Positions 35,804 to 47,259 of a stretch of DNA of 47,452 bases are shown one piece after another (the stretch's first letter is position 1; each line of letters begins with the position of its first letter). Origin of the DNA: Octopus bimaculoides (Eukaryota); contig NC_068987.1 of assembly GCF_001194135.2 (NCBI RefSeq), forward strand, positions 80,563,230 to 80,610,681, in the 5' to 3' direction. The notes below the pieces were generated by a model that did no database searches, was not told where the DNA came from, and saw only the letters and a program-made list of their open reading frames with translations. The translations under genes were made by a program, and so were the position numbers.

Positions 35804-37276
35804 AAAGATTTTGTGACACAAGGGTGAAACATTGAAAGAACAGATGTAATTTTTGTTTCTAACCAAGAAACTTCGGTGCTTTTTAATGAGTTATTTTCCC
35901 AATTTCCAACCAACATCTACATTTTCTTTCAATGAGATATGTCTTAGTGTATATATATATATATATAATATAAATTGAAGTTGGCCGACCGTTGTATTCT
36001 TTCTTGTCTTGAGATTCACGGCTAAACAGCTGGGTGGATTCGCGTGAAAAATGGCACACATGTGGAGACGGGTGCATAGATTGGAACGCACTTTCTATTT
36101 TTTCCTAGCCTCCATATTTACAGAGAAAATCAATTAAAACAACCTGCTTGTGTGCGTGTGTGTATGTGAGTGTGTGTCACTGAAGCCATTCATACATATA
36201 TACGTATTAATAAATAAATAAACTGAATGATAAATTTCAGTTATCTCTCTCTCTTTTTTCNNNNNNNNNNNNNNNNNNNNNNNNNNNNNNNNNNNNNNNN
36301 NNNNNNNNNNNNNNNNNNNNNNNNNNNNNNNNNNNNNNNNNNNNNNNNNNNNNNNNNNNNNNNNNNNNNNNNNNNNNNNNNNNNNNNNNNNNNNNNNNNN
36401 NNNNNNNNNNNNNNNNNNNNNNNNNNNNNNNNNNNNNNNNNNNNNNNNNNNNNNNNNNNNNNNNNNNNNNNNNNNNNNNNNNNNNNNNNNNNNNNNNNNN
36501 NNNNNNNNNNNNNNNNNNNNNNNNNNNNNNNNNNNNNNNNNNNNNNNNNNNNNNNNNNNNNNNNNNNNNNNNNNNNNNNNNNNNNNNNNNNNNNNNNNNN
36601 NNNNNNNNNNNNNNNNNNNNNNNNNNNNNNNNNNNNNNNNNNNNNNNNNNNNNNNNNNNNNNNNNNNNNNNNNNNNNNNNNNNNNNNNNNNNNNNNNNNN
36701 NNNNNNNNNNNNNNNNNNNNNNNNNNNNNNNNNNNNNNNNNNNNNNNNNNNNNNNNNNNNNNNNNNNNNNNNNNNNNNNNNNNNNNNNNNNNNNNNNNNN
36801 NNNNNNNNNNNNNNNNNNNNNNNNNNCCATTTCATATATCTTTCACTTTCTGCTCTGCAAATAAAATTTTTACGGATAAAACTGCTTACAAAAATTTACC
36901 CCCGGAAATTACCGGGTACATCAGCTGGTAATAAAATAAATATATAATAATAAAACATACACAATACAGTACTGTTTCTACTTCGCGTATTTTCACCAAT
37001 CGTGTGGGGTTTTGAAACGTAACACCCGCGATAGTCGAGGGAATATTGTAGTTCTTTCGCTGAAACATATCTCAGTGTTACACAACAAAACTTCTTAATT
37101 TTCTCAGGCACTAAGACTTATAATGCTTCTTACCCGTATCCATGGCGTACAAGTCACTGAGATCAGAATATTACCCTGCATGACGCCAGACCGTTGCAGG
37201 ATTCAAGGGTATCAGTTTTGATTGGAGAGGTCAAGTTGATTAAATCAATTCTAGTACTTGACCGATATTGTATTTA

Positions 37277-37478
37277 CTGGCTTTAAGAATCTCGCGAAGA
37301 CCTGGTTAGAAGTCCAACCATCCGAGTTCTTTTACAGGGTTTAGAAAAACTGATGGACAGCTGCAATAAGCTTGTGAATCTGAAAGAGAAATGTATGTTG
37401 AATATAATCATAATTCACTGATCCGCCTATACATTTCATTACCCAAACCCAGGACAGGAACTTTTCAACACCCCCTCG
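37277..37478 (+). mobile_element. Mariner-derived MITE with left TIR truncated
   Basis: Right TIR caggaacttttcaacaccccctcg|ta. The interior is homologous to 26011-26214 and to 45190-45413. Confidence 0.8.
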
Positions 37479-37652
37479 TATATATGTATATGTATTGATA
37501 GATATTAAGAGAGAAGGAAAAGTATACACAACACTTCTACCATAGCTTATACAAGGTTAACAATCGACTCCAACAGATATAAGGAAGTAAAGTATCAGTT
37601 AGCAGCAGCTCGTAGACGTAAGAGGAAAGACATGATATAATATTATTATAAA

Positions 37653-37895
37653 GTAAGGCAGCGAGCTGGCAGAATCGTGAGCACTCCAGGCGAAATTCTC
37701 AGCGGTATTTCGTCTGCTGTTACGTTCTGAGTTCAAATTTCGCCGATTTTGCCTTTCATTTTTTTCGGGGTCGATAAATTAAGTACCAGTTACGCACTGG
37801 GGTCGATGTAATCGACTTAATCTCTTTGTGTGTCCTTGCTTGTCCTTTCTATGTTTAGCCCCCTGGGGTGGGGTGGGGGGCAATAAAGAAGTAAA
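37653..37895 (+). mobile_element. Full-length SINE family B with a 14-bp target-site duplication
   Basis: aatattattataaa at 37639-37652 and 37894-37907. Head ggcagcgagctggcagaatcg, core gcctttcat...ggggtcgataaattaagtaccagttacgcactggggtcgatg. Confidence 0.9.
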
Positions 37896-38704
37896 TATTA
37901 TTATAAAATAACAGTAAAGTAAAAGTGAATATAACAGTACTAGTGTGTTTTAATGGCTTCAAAAATTAGCACGATAGCAATTGTTTAAGGTCTGATACAC
38001 AACCTCAGGTCAAATCGCTTTCATATCGAGCCCGGAGCGATGATAGGTAAAGCTTAACCTCAGCTGAATTTGAACGCAGAGTGCGAGAAGAATTGCTACT
38101 AAGCATTTTGTCCAATGTGCTTACGACTCTGCTAGCGCGCCCTCTTAAATTTCTTAATACTGAATTCTAATGTTAAAGTACAATCACGCTGTGAAATATC
38201 AAGGCGTATTAGTTTTGGAATACGATCCTATTTACTGTCCTTTCACGATGAATGTAAATGTAATTTTGTGCGTGCGTACGCGCGTATCTGTGTGTGTGTG
38301 TTTGTGTGTTTCACTTGTACGAGAAGCGACTGTGTCGTTATTCATTTCCATAATGCCATATCATTTCAGTGTGTTGTGTTGTTCACAAATTATCTCATTC
38401 CAACTGTTCATGCCAAGTGGAACGTATCAAAGTTATGTTATATGATAACTCGTATACAATGGACGCTTAATGAAGAGTGGACACCGCTGCCATCTGCATT
38501 ATGTGTTATACCTTCTTCCTACAACACTTAACGATTTTATTGATGGAACTTTAAAAGGCCGAAATTATAGTACGAATTACAGCACTACCATCGTTAAACA
38601 AGATCGCTGAAGCTACAATAAAACCTATTATGCTGAGTATAATAGATGTCTGAGTAAAGTAGAACATGTTTCGTAATTAGGTTTAAACGTTCCACTTTGT
38701 CTTT

Positions 38705-40900
38705 GGTAATGTGCTTTCAAATTTTGGCTCAAGGTCAGCAGTTTTAAGGGTTGAGAAGTTGATTACATCTACCCAAGTGGTCGATTGGTATTTATCTTAT
38801 CGACCCCGAAAGGATGGCAACCAAAGTCGACCTTACCAGCATTTGAACTCAGAACGTAAAGAGCCGGAAGAAATGCTTCTAAGCATTCTGTCCGACATGC
38901 AAACGATTCTGCCAGTTCTCCACCTTCATCTTTGTTAATATTCGTTCTAATGTAGGCAAAAGGCCTGAAATTTTGAAGGAGGAAGCAGTGCTGCTCAACT
39001 TGTGCTTGTTTCATCGACTTAGAAAGGACAAATAGCACAGTTGATCTCGGCGCAATTTGAACTCAGAACGTAAAAAGTGAGATGAAATGCCGCTAAGCAT
39101 AAGTCCGGCGTTCTAACGACTCTACCAGCTCACCACTTTCGTCTTTGTTAATATCAAAAGCTCTCTGTTCTTTTCACGTATTAGATTATTTCCTTTAAAA
39201 AAACAACCCTATTTTCAATGCAGAAAAGCTAGCTTTGGCATATTTAAATACGATGTTATTTAAGTAGTCAACGATGAAACTTATATGCAGTCACCCGGCC
39301 TGTTAGATATGGCAGCCACATCTCCCTCAAATTACACACTACCATCCTGAAAGCGAGTAACACCTTAGATAATGAAAGTCCTAGGCAGAAAATGCTTCAG
39401 AGAAGAGAAGGATGGTCATGGCTGGAAGGAATCTCATTGTAGATCTACTAATTCTGAGCTAACTTAGGAGTAAATAAAGATCAATTCGTAATAATATAAC
39501 AAACTGTTATATAATGCTGAAGGGAATATCTTCCTTAATATAAGCTGTCTGGAAGAGCGTTCTGAGCTCAAATTCCAACCGAGGTTGAATTCGCCTTTCA
39601 TCCTTTCGGAGTCGATAAAATAAGCACCAATTGAACACTGGGTGTCGATGTAATCGACTTATCCCACTTCCCTGAAATTGCTGGCCTTGTGTCAAAAGTT
39701 GAAACCAATATTAAATAGACGTTTTTTTCTTATCCAGAAAACAACACGTGGCACAATTTTAATAAATCAAAATTTTCCGGCTTACAAACTTGACCATATT
39801 AGCTCCCACATTACCATGAATAATCGTTTCTTATATAGGCACAAAGCCAACAATTTTGGATGACGGGAGATGGTCGATATCATCCCACCTGAGTACTTGA
39901 CTGATATTTTAATTTGTCGACTCTGCGAGGATGAAAGGCAGAGTTGACTTCGGCAGGATTTGAACTCAGTATGTAAAAACCCGGAACAATAACAGCAAGG
40001 TATTTTGTCAGACACTCTAACGGTTCTCTCTGCCCATTGCTCAAGTTTATATAATAAGCAAAAAATCCCGCTGTTGTTTTTGCTTCTCGCCACTACGTTA
40101 CTGAGGTTTTAGTATTTTCTGCTCAGTTGGTGACCCTTCTACTCTGTATAGCTTACAATTGTATAATATAATTTGTACCCTCCCCACTCCACACACACAC
40201 ATATATGTTGTGCTGGAGTAATTGTAATAAATTGGTTTCAAATTTGGAACAGGGCCAGCAATTGTTTTAGTGGAGGTACGTTGATTACAACGACCCCAGT
40301 GTTCAACTGGTGCCTGTTTTATCGACACCAAAAGGATGAAAGGTACACCTCAACGAAATTTGAACTCTAAATGCTAAGACGGACGAAAGGCCGCTAATAA
40401 TTCCGCCCGGCATGCTAATGAGTCTGCCAGCTCACCACCTTAGGATCAGGTGTAATGCATTGAACTAAATATAACAAATATTTCCCGCAGACCAACAGTG
40501 GAATAAAATGCAAAACCCGAATCTTACTGGTAGGGTTAGGGTTACTGGCAGGAACTGAACTCGGTTATTAATCAACGAAATGTATTACTGATCACCGCAT
40601 TACCATTACCATCTGCGCCACCCTTTCGCATATGATAATACAATAAATTGTAATATGATGATAGTAATAATAATACTTTCTACTTTAGGCACAAGGCCTG
40701 GAATTTAGTGGGTGGCAACTAGTCGATCACATCGATTAGATCGACTTCAGTATGCAACTGGTATTTAATTTATCGACCCCGAAAGGATGGAAAGCAAAGT
40801 CGACCTCGGCCGAATTTGAACTCAGAACGTAAAGACGGACGAAATGCCGCTAAGCATTTTTCTCGGCATGCTAACGATTCTGCCATCTCATCGCCTTAAT
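38705..40900 (-). mobile_element. Cluster of six SINE family B copies (about 38705-38930, 38950-39140, 39545-39710 on +, 39830-40040, 40225-40445, 40680-40900), plus a fragment at 38030-38150
   Basis: Each carries the atcgac..cgaaaggatg.aa....aagtcgacc core and/or the aggcacaaggcctgaaatttt tail. Confidence 0.85.
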
Positions 40901-42139
40901 AATGGCAATAACAATGGCTTCAAATTCTGGCATAAGATCAATAACGTTACAAATCAATAACGTTTGAGGAGTGTTTGCTAATTTCGTAATTTGAGGAGTG
41001 TTTGCTAATTTCAAGATTATATATTTCATGGCTTAAGTTTGCATGTTTACGAAATAACTGAAGATTAAAGTTAAACAAAGTTTCATAATATATATTTAAG
41101 AAGATTAATAATCCTCGTTGATTAGTTATCTTTAATTGTATTCATGCAACATCTTGCAAGAAGCAAACCAATTCTGTAAATGTTTTACCATCGCAACATA
41201 ACAAGTCAGCTCGCTAGTTACTACGAACTGAAGCAATTGTTCGGCTTTGTTGTTGTTGTCGTTGCTTGAATATGTTCCTCGTTCTTATTTATTATTCATA
41301 TTCAACTTTATCATTCATAACAAACCTTTTCTGACGTCTGTCAGATAAAAGATAATTCAGAAATTAATGTGTTCGCTGTTTAACACACCAAAAACACTGC
41401 TGCTATGAATTATCTACACATTATTTTGTTAACCGTAATGAAGTCAACAACAAATATCTAACCATGTTTGATTAACAACGTAACTGTCTGTCGAATAACT
41501 GGAAAATATTAATGTTAGATAACTCACACAAAAGAACTATTAATAAAATGATAAAGAATTGCAAGATCTCAATCCGCATAACTGTTTTTAAAGGTATATA
41601 CGAGGAGTCGTATATTTCGAACTTTTAATGTCTATCATGATCTCGTGCGTTATTTTAAATTTAGGGTAATTTTTATAAAAGGAAATAAAAGCATAAAACC
41701 GAGTCAATAGACGTGTAATTTCAGGCTCTGAATGGAAATGGATTAGAAATGCATTTTTGAAAATAATGTGATCGGAAAATAAAAACAATAATAACAACAT
41801 GTTCTGGAAATCAACCGGAAGCATCGTCTTTCTCCATCACAAAAGTATACAAAAACACTCTTCACTGAAAGTCAAGAATATCTTAGCTACAAGCTATATA
41901 GAGAATTCACATTGTTTGGTTTTTGTAAACTTGAAATGTGTGCAGGTTTACTAAATGTATAAAGATATGTAATGGTATGTGTATTGTTTTCTAACGTTAT
42001 ATGTTTTCTCTCTTTTTTACATATACAGATACGTACAAATATATTTGTCTATGACTATAAATCTGTCTGCTTACATGAACGTTTATGTTTGTGTGAATGA
42101 CTCGCTTTCGTCCTTCTATCACTCTTTCAATCCACGTGC

Positions 42140-42529
42140 ATGTATGGCATGGCTGTGTGACTAGGAAGCATGCTTTGCAACCATGTGGTTCAAGGTTCAG
42201 TCTCATTTCGCGGCACCTAGGGTAAGTGTCTTCATTTATAGACCAAGATTAATGCCCTGCCAGTGAATTCAATTGGCAGAAACTATGAAGATGGCGAGCT
42301 GGCAGAAACGTTAGCACGCCGGGCGAAATGCTTAGCGGTATTTCGTCTGCCGTTACGTTCTGAGTTCAAATTCCGCCGAGGTCAACTTTGCCTTTCATCC
42401 TTTGTCTGTCCTTGTTTGTCTCCTCAATGTTTAGCCCCTTGTGGGCAATAAAAAAATAAGAAACTATGAAGATGCCCGTCATGTGCGTGTGTGTGCGCGC
42501 GCGTGCATGTGTACATGTGTACATATGTG

Positions 42530-42561
<32 letters not shown>

Positions 42562-42810
42562 CACGCATGTATATATGTATGCACGTGTGCATGAGTGTGT
42601 TTTTGTGCTTGTGCTTGTGCTTGTGCTTGTCCCCCACCAGCGTTTGACAACCAGCGTTGGTTTGGTTATTGCAGTGGTTCGGCAAAAGAAGCCGATAGAG
42701 TAAGTACAAGAGTTGAAATGAAATATTGGAGTTGATTTTCTCGGCTAAATCCTTCAGTAAGGTGGCATCCCAGCATGGCCACAGCCGAAGGACTGAAAAC
42801 AAGTAAAGGG
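42140..42810 (+). mobile_element. Old SINE family A copy interrupted by a nested family B SINE (42294-42458)
   Basis: agaaactatgaagatg is duplicated at 42278-42293 and 42459-42474. Family A sequence resumes after the duplication. Confidence 0.85.
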
Positions 42811-42917
42811 AATGATTTAAACTAAAACCGGACGAGAAATCACCGTATTTAGAACTTCGTGTGCATTCCTCTTTATCCAAAGAGAAACTGTGAGGAAAAC
42901 TTCCTATATCAAAACGA

Positions 42918-42955
42918 GTTTCAAAGAACCACAACGGTGAAACGTACGTAGGAAC
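42918..42955 (+). ncRNA. Degenerate hammerhead-like motif
   Basis: GUUUC AAAGA ACC ACAAC GGU GAAA CGUACG UA GGAAC: stems I, II and III and GAAA are present, but the CUGA box is destroyed. Confidence 0.3.
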
Positions 42956-43249
42956 AAACGATATAGACTTGTGCATATCGTAAGTTATCCTACTTTCCTC
43001 TGTATATCATAAGAAATGATACTACTAAGTATAGCAGTTGCTTAACCACAAAACTGGAATCAGACTGGAGAATGATAATCAACGTGAAGCTCTAAGATGA
43101 ACAGTAGCAATTGTACACACAAGATACAATATATATATATATGAAGAGTTTTCCTCAAGAACATACACCGCTCAGTCTAGAAACTGAAATTACTATCTCA
43201 CGAACGTGAGTGCAACACTGTCGACTAGGCCATGCGTCCTCTATATATA

Positions 43250-43410
43250 TATACAAGTTTTTTCATTCTCGCTCTGTTTATTTTCTCTTTTTCCTTTCTG
43301 TTGAAGAGCGTAGCCTCAAAACGTAAAAGACTTTTTCATTTTCTCGAGCGTCAAAGAAACACATTTGCTTGCTGTTCATACATCTGTCTTCGTCTTTTGT
43401 TTTTCTATAA
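43250..43410 (+). mobile_element. Second copy of the Penelope-like repeat with a mutated CUGUUGA hammerhead-like motif (43293-43330)
   Basis: CCUUU CUGUUGA A GAGCGUAGCCUC AAAA CG UA AAAGA, homologous to the reverse complement of 17990-18026. Confidence 0.5.
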
Positions 43411-43489
43411 ATTTGAACTATATTTATATTTATTTACATATATATATGAGAGCGAGTGAAGAATTGAACGGGAGTGGTGGATGTAGTTT

Positions 43490-43790
43490 AGAGCTATTTC
43501 TATCGATAACAGATTGTCTTAGATCCTCGTGTTACGTAAAGTTTCAGAGACGTGAAGAAAAGAAACACGACTAGCTCTTCGGACATTACTTCCGAATATC
43601 CGAGTTGCCACGAGCAACATGATGAACGCGTAAATTCAGACTCCTTACCGTTCGAATATGAAGAATTTTCAGTGGCTGAGTCTGCGAATGAAGGACTGCA
43701 TCCATGGCATTTTTCGGGGCCTCTTAGTAATGTGGGAGGATGGTTGCAACAGAGTGAACTGTACCAAGGGCACCCAAAGGCTATTTGGTA
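43490..43790 (+). pseudogene. Decayed RTE-like LINE C-terminal relic
   Basis: Frameshifted KVSE.VKKR..LALFGHYFRISELPRA, resembling VSE.I..RRL.LFGHV.R..E.RP.R. ORF 43552-43902 is in a different, non-homologous frame. Confidence 0.4.
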
Positions 43791-43819
43791 CTGTTTAAGC
43801 CCACAGCGTAAAAACAGAG

Positions 43820-43960
43820 GCTTCTACACAATTTCCATTTACCAAGTTTCACTCACGAGGCTTAGGTTAACCGAAGTCTATGATAGAAGATACTTGTCTT
43901 AGGAAATGTGCAATGGGATCGAACACGAAATTTATTGCGGAACAAACATTTTAATTACAC
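43820..43960 (-). mobile_element. Diverged SINE family A 5' half
   Basis: cttctacacaatttccatttaccaagtttcactcacgaggcttagg...atagaagatacttgtcttagg...gggatcgaacacg. Confidence 0.6.
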
Positions 43961-44139
43961 AATTCTGATCGCTTATCTTATCAATGTATATTAACTCTAC
44001 AGAAAGAAAAATGATGATTGGCTTCCTGTGTTGCAATTGCTTATGAAAGCGATTTGACCTGAGGTTGTGTATCAGACCTTAAACAATTGCTATCATGCTA
44101 ATTATTGAAGCCATTAAAACACACTGGAACTGTTATATT

Positions 44140-44990
44140 TGTAGTGAAACTACCTATCGCCATTAAATACAAAACTGCTATCGCCATTCTTCTCATTTAA
44201 ATATAAACAAGCGCGGGCGTAGCGGAGAGCCCATCTCCTTGTCATCACGTGACTGATTAATATTCGAAGCGGCAACTTCTTCGAACCGTTCCCGCCAGAA
44301 CGCAAACTGACCAATCACTGCCCTTAATAAGGTCACGTGATAGTGTTTTTCTACTACCGTTTTGGAGCCCCCTGAATGCTTTAAATAGAGCAACTCATAT
44401 CCAGCAAATTTGTCTCGGTTCAGTTTTCTTTGAGATCTGTTCCGTGTACCACACGACAGCAGCAGCAACAATCAGCCAGCTACGAACGACGAACATCTGT
44501 ATAACAAGAATCACGGCCCGGCATGGAAGCCACCACATCACAACTAGTGATCAGCTCTGCCACACACAGCCTCAACTCCTTTCACATACAGACTCTTCCT
44601 ATAGTGTACTCAAAGAACTGGTATAAATGCTCACGTGTTATTGACTCTCTTTCTATCTGCTGTAATAACTCACATACACATACATGTATCACTCACATAC
44701 ACACTTTTCTTTGTATGACGGCCTGTCTTTTATTATGTTCTTATATGTCGCATTCACACTCTCACATACACATACGTCTTTAACGCTATAATAAATACCT
44801 CTGTTATTCATCTTATACGGTTGAGGTCTTTCATTACTGGTCATCTTTGTTATCGTAGTATAACATATTTGTATATCATCTTTGATATATTATTTTGTGT
44901 TCGACCGTGTGACACGTTTAAATAAAAGGAGTCCTTTGTTTTTCCATTCGTCACCATTTCTCCTTTTTCAGTTCGCACGGTCGTTCTTAG
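44140..44990 (+). mobile_element. 851-bp insertion with a 5-bp TSD; candidate solo LTR
   Basis: atatt at 44135-44139 and 44991-44995. Absent from the paralogous site near 37925. Starts TGTAG; TCACGTGA at 44245 and 44333, CCAAT at 44311, TTAAATA at 44381, AATAAA at 44921. The 3' end is not the canonical CA. Confidence 0.65.
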
Positions 44991-45189
44991 ATATTCACTT
45001 TTACTTTACTATTATTTTATAATAACATTATATCATGTCTTTCCTTTTACGTCTACGAGCTGCTGCTAACTGATACTTTACTTCATTATATCTGTTGGAG
45101 TCGATTGTTAACCTTGTATAAGCTGTGGTAGGAGTGTTGTGCTTACTTTTCCTTCTCTCTCAATATCTATCTATACATATACATATATA

Positions 45190-45413
45190 CAAAGAGGTGT
45201 TGAAAAGTTTCTGTCCTGGGTTTGGGTAATAGAATGTATAGGTGGATCAGTTAATAATGATTTTATTCAACATACATTTCTCTCTCAAATTCACACGCTT
45301 ATTGTAGCAGTCCTTCAATTTTTCTAAGCCCTGTAAAAGAACTCGAATGGTTGGGCCTGCAACCAGGTCTTCCGCGAGATTCTTAAAACCAGGGACTTTA
45401 CAGCACCCTATCG
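45190..45413 (-). mobile_element. Mariner-derived MITE with both TIRs
   Basis: TA|CAAAGAGGTGTTGAAAAGTTTCTG ... CAGGGACTTTACAGCACCCTATCG. Transposase C-terminal remnant (KDCYNKRVNLREKC) on the minus strand. Confidence 0.8.
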
Positions 45414-45725
45414 CATATCTGTCTATTTGTCCATCTCGAGTTCTATTCATCTTTAATTTGAACTTAGTTCCGTTGGCTCAAAACACGATATATTTAATTT
45501 CAACTTTACATTGTTTAACTCCCACTTCTCGTTCTTACATTCTCTCATTCTATAATTTTATTTATTATAATATATTCCCTATTACGAATCATAGTATAAT
45601 TGTTACGAAGTGTTGTATAATAATTATACTGTATAAAAGAAATTCTAGGGCATTTAATAGTTATGATGTACAAACTTTTAATTAGTTAGTCAGGCAATAA
45701 TCATGACTCTTGAAATCCCATCCAG

Positions 45726-45899
45726 ATTAGCTCCATTGGTGTTTATGATAGCCACAATAAAAATCCACTGATCAGTGTCTCGAGAAATAATACTGAGTGT
45801 CGGAGAGGTAGTCGTGGTTCGGCATCGAATGCTTACAACAGAGTTACTTCCATTCAAGATATCCACAGACCAAGCGGCGCTGTTAAAGTGACGTATTAA
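45726..45899 (+). CDS. Candidate terminal exon (ISSIGVYDSHNKNPLISVSRNN...VTSIQDIHRPSGAVKVTY*)
   Basis: cccatccag| acceptor and 57 open codons in a GC-elevated unique island. The opposite strand is also open (ORF 45690-45986), so the strand is ambiguous. Confidence 0.25.
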   Translation: MSSIGVYDSHNKNPLISVSRNNTECRRGSRGSASNAYNRVTSIQDIHRPSGAVKVTY

Positions 45900-46036
45900 A
45901 CCAACTAGTAGTTTTCGATGCACCAATGTCAAGGCAAGATCGTTCAGTATAAATATATACAAACATGCATAGATACATACATACATCTATATATATATAT
46001 AGATAGATACAGATACACACACACATACACGCACGC

Positions 46037-46117
<81 letters not shown>

Positions 46118-46689
46118 AATATATATAAATTCAAATTACGATAAACGTAAACAAACAAACGAAGTTTGCATTTAGAAGCGTTGAGATGTCTTAGAAAGTT
46201 AAAGAAGTGATTTTAAATTCTCAGTCGCAGGATAATGCTAATAATATAGCCTGAACAGGATAAACTAACCCTATTTTGCAGAAAAAAAGTGTAGGTGGTT
46301 AGCTAAGATCACAAATCAGGAGAAGAGCATACCCTATAAAATATAGAGCAGTTGTTTATTTCTGTATGTATAAAGTAACAGTTTAGAAGAAAAAAACCAT
46401 TGGTTTCATATCTAGCGTGAACTAGACATATCTTCAGTTTTTCTAAACGATAACTGTTCTCTGCAATGAACGTTTTTTTTATTTTTAAACACAAGAACGC
46501 CGGTGATGGTTCAAGAAATATTCCTCTTAAAAAATTATGGCCCGGCGAGTTATCTTACTTCACTTGATAGCTAGGTTTTCCAATTTTGAAGTAAAACTTT
46601 CCGAAAATGTGGACAACTCCCCACGGCTTCCGTCCTGGAGTTCAAGTAGCCTCCTGGCTCATGTGAGTTCATAAGGATTGTGAGTTCAT

Positions 46690-46789
46690 AATTAAGTACC
46701 AGTTAAACAATGGAGTCAATGTAATTGATTATCCCCCGCCCCCAAATTTCAGACCTTGTGCCTATAGTAGAAAGGATTATTATTATTAT
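46690..46789 (+). mobile_element. SINE family B 3' end with an (ATT)n tail
   Basis: ttaagtaccagttaaacaatggagtcaatgtaattgatt...ccaaatttcagaccttgtgcctatagtagaaaggattattattatt. Confidence 0.75.
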
Positions 46790-47140
46790 CTTATTGTCTT
46801 TGCACAGTTTCTAACGCTGGAGATGTACTACGGTGCCAGCTGTTCACTACCAGTGAACTAAGGTAACACCGCTTATTTTTCGAGCACCATCCGAAGTATT
46901 CGAGCGGTTCCCTGCAAGTGCTCCACCTTATTGCAGCCCTATTTGTTCCATGTACTTCTCAAGATTTTTACTCACGATTCCCCGGACTCCGACAATTATT
47001 GGTACTACTGCTGCTACCTTTTTCATCGACCACACCTGCTTAACCTCCCAATCTAACCTGTCATATCTATCGACTTTTCTTTCTTCGTTATGACATACTT
47101 TGTTGTCAGCTGGGCATATTATATCTATGACCCCGCATCG
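46790..47140 (-). mobile_element. 3' end of an R4/Dong-like RLE LINE
   Basis: RCGVIDIICPADNKVCHNEERKVDRYDRL.WEVKQVWSMKKV..VPIIVG..GIVSKNLEKYMEQIG...GTARILRMVL, then a short 3' UTR and a (TAA)n tail. Confidence 0.85.
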
Positions 47141-47203
47141 TTTTTTCTTTTTTTTCTGTAGTTTCAGCTCAGAGCTGCGGCCATGCTGATGCACCACCGT
47201 TTG

Positions 47204-47204
47204 C

Positions 47205-47258
<54 letters not shown>
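47204..47258. repeat. (TTA)n microsatellite
   Basis: Direct reading. Confidence 0.92.

Positions 47259-47259
<1 letters not shown>

Noticed and set aside
36896-37111. ORF containing DYRGCY, reminiscent of a WSC-domain start
   Set aside because: The remaining WSC cysteines and motifs are missing, and two frames are equally open.
38705-40900. Repeat-spacer-like arrangement suggesting a CRISPR-type array
   Set aside because: Units are about 200-bp diverged SINEs with irregular spacing and mixed orientation in eukaryotic DNA.
40938-41012. Short tandem duplications (13 bp and about 27 bp); similar ones at about 3430-3480, 10340-10405 and 46660-46692
   Set aside because: Ordinary replication-slippage duplications with no further structure.
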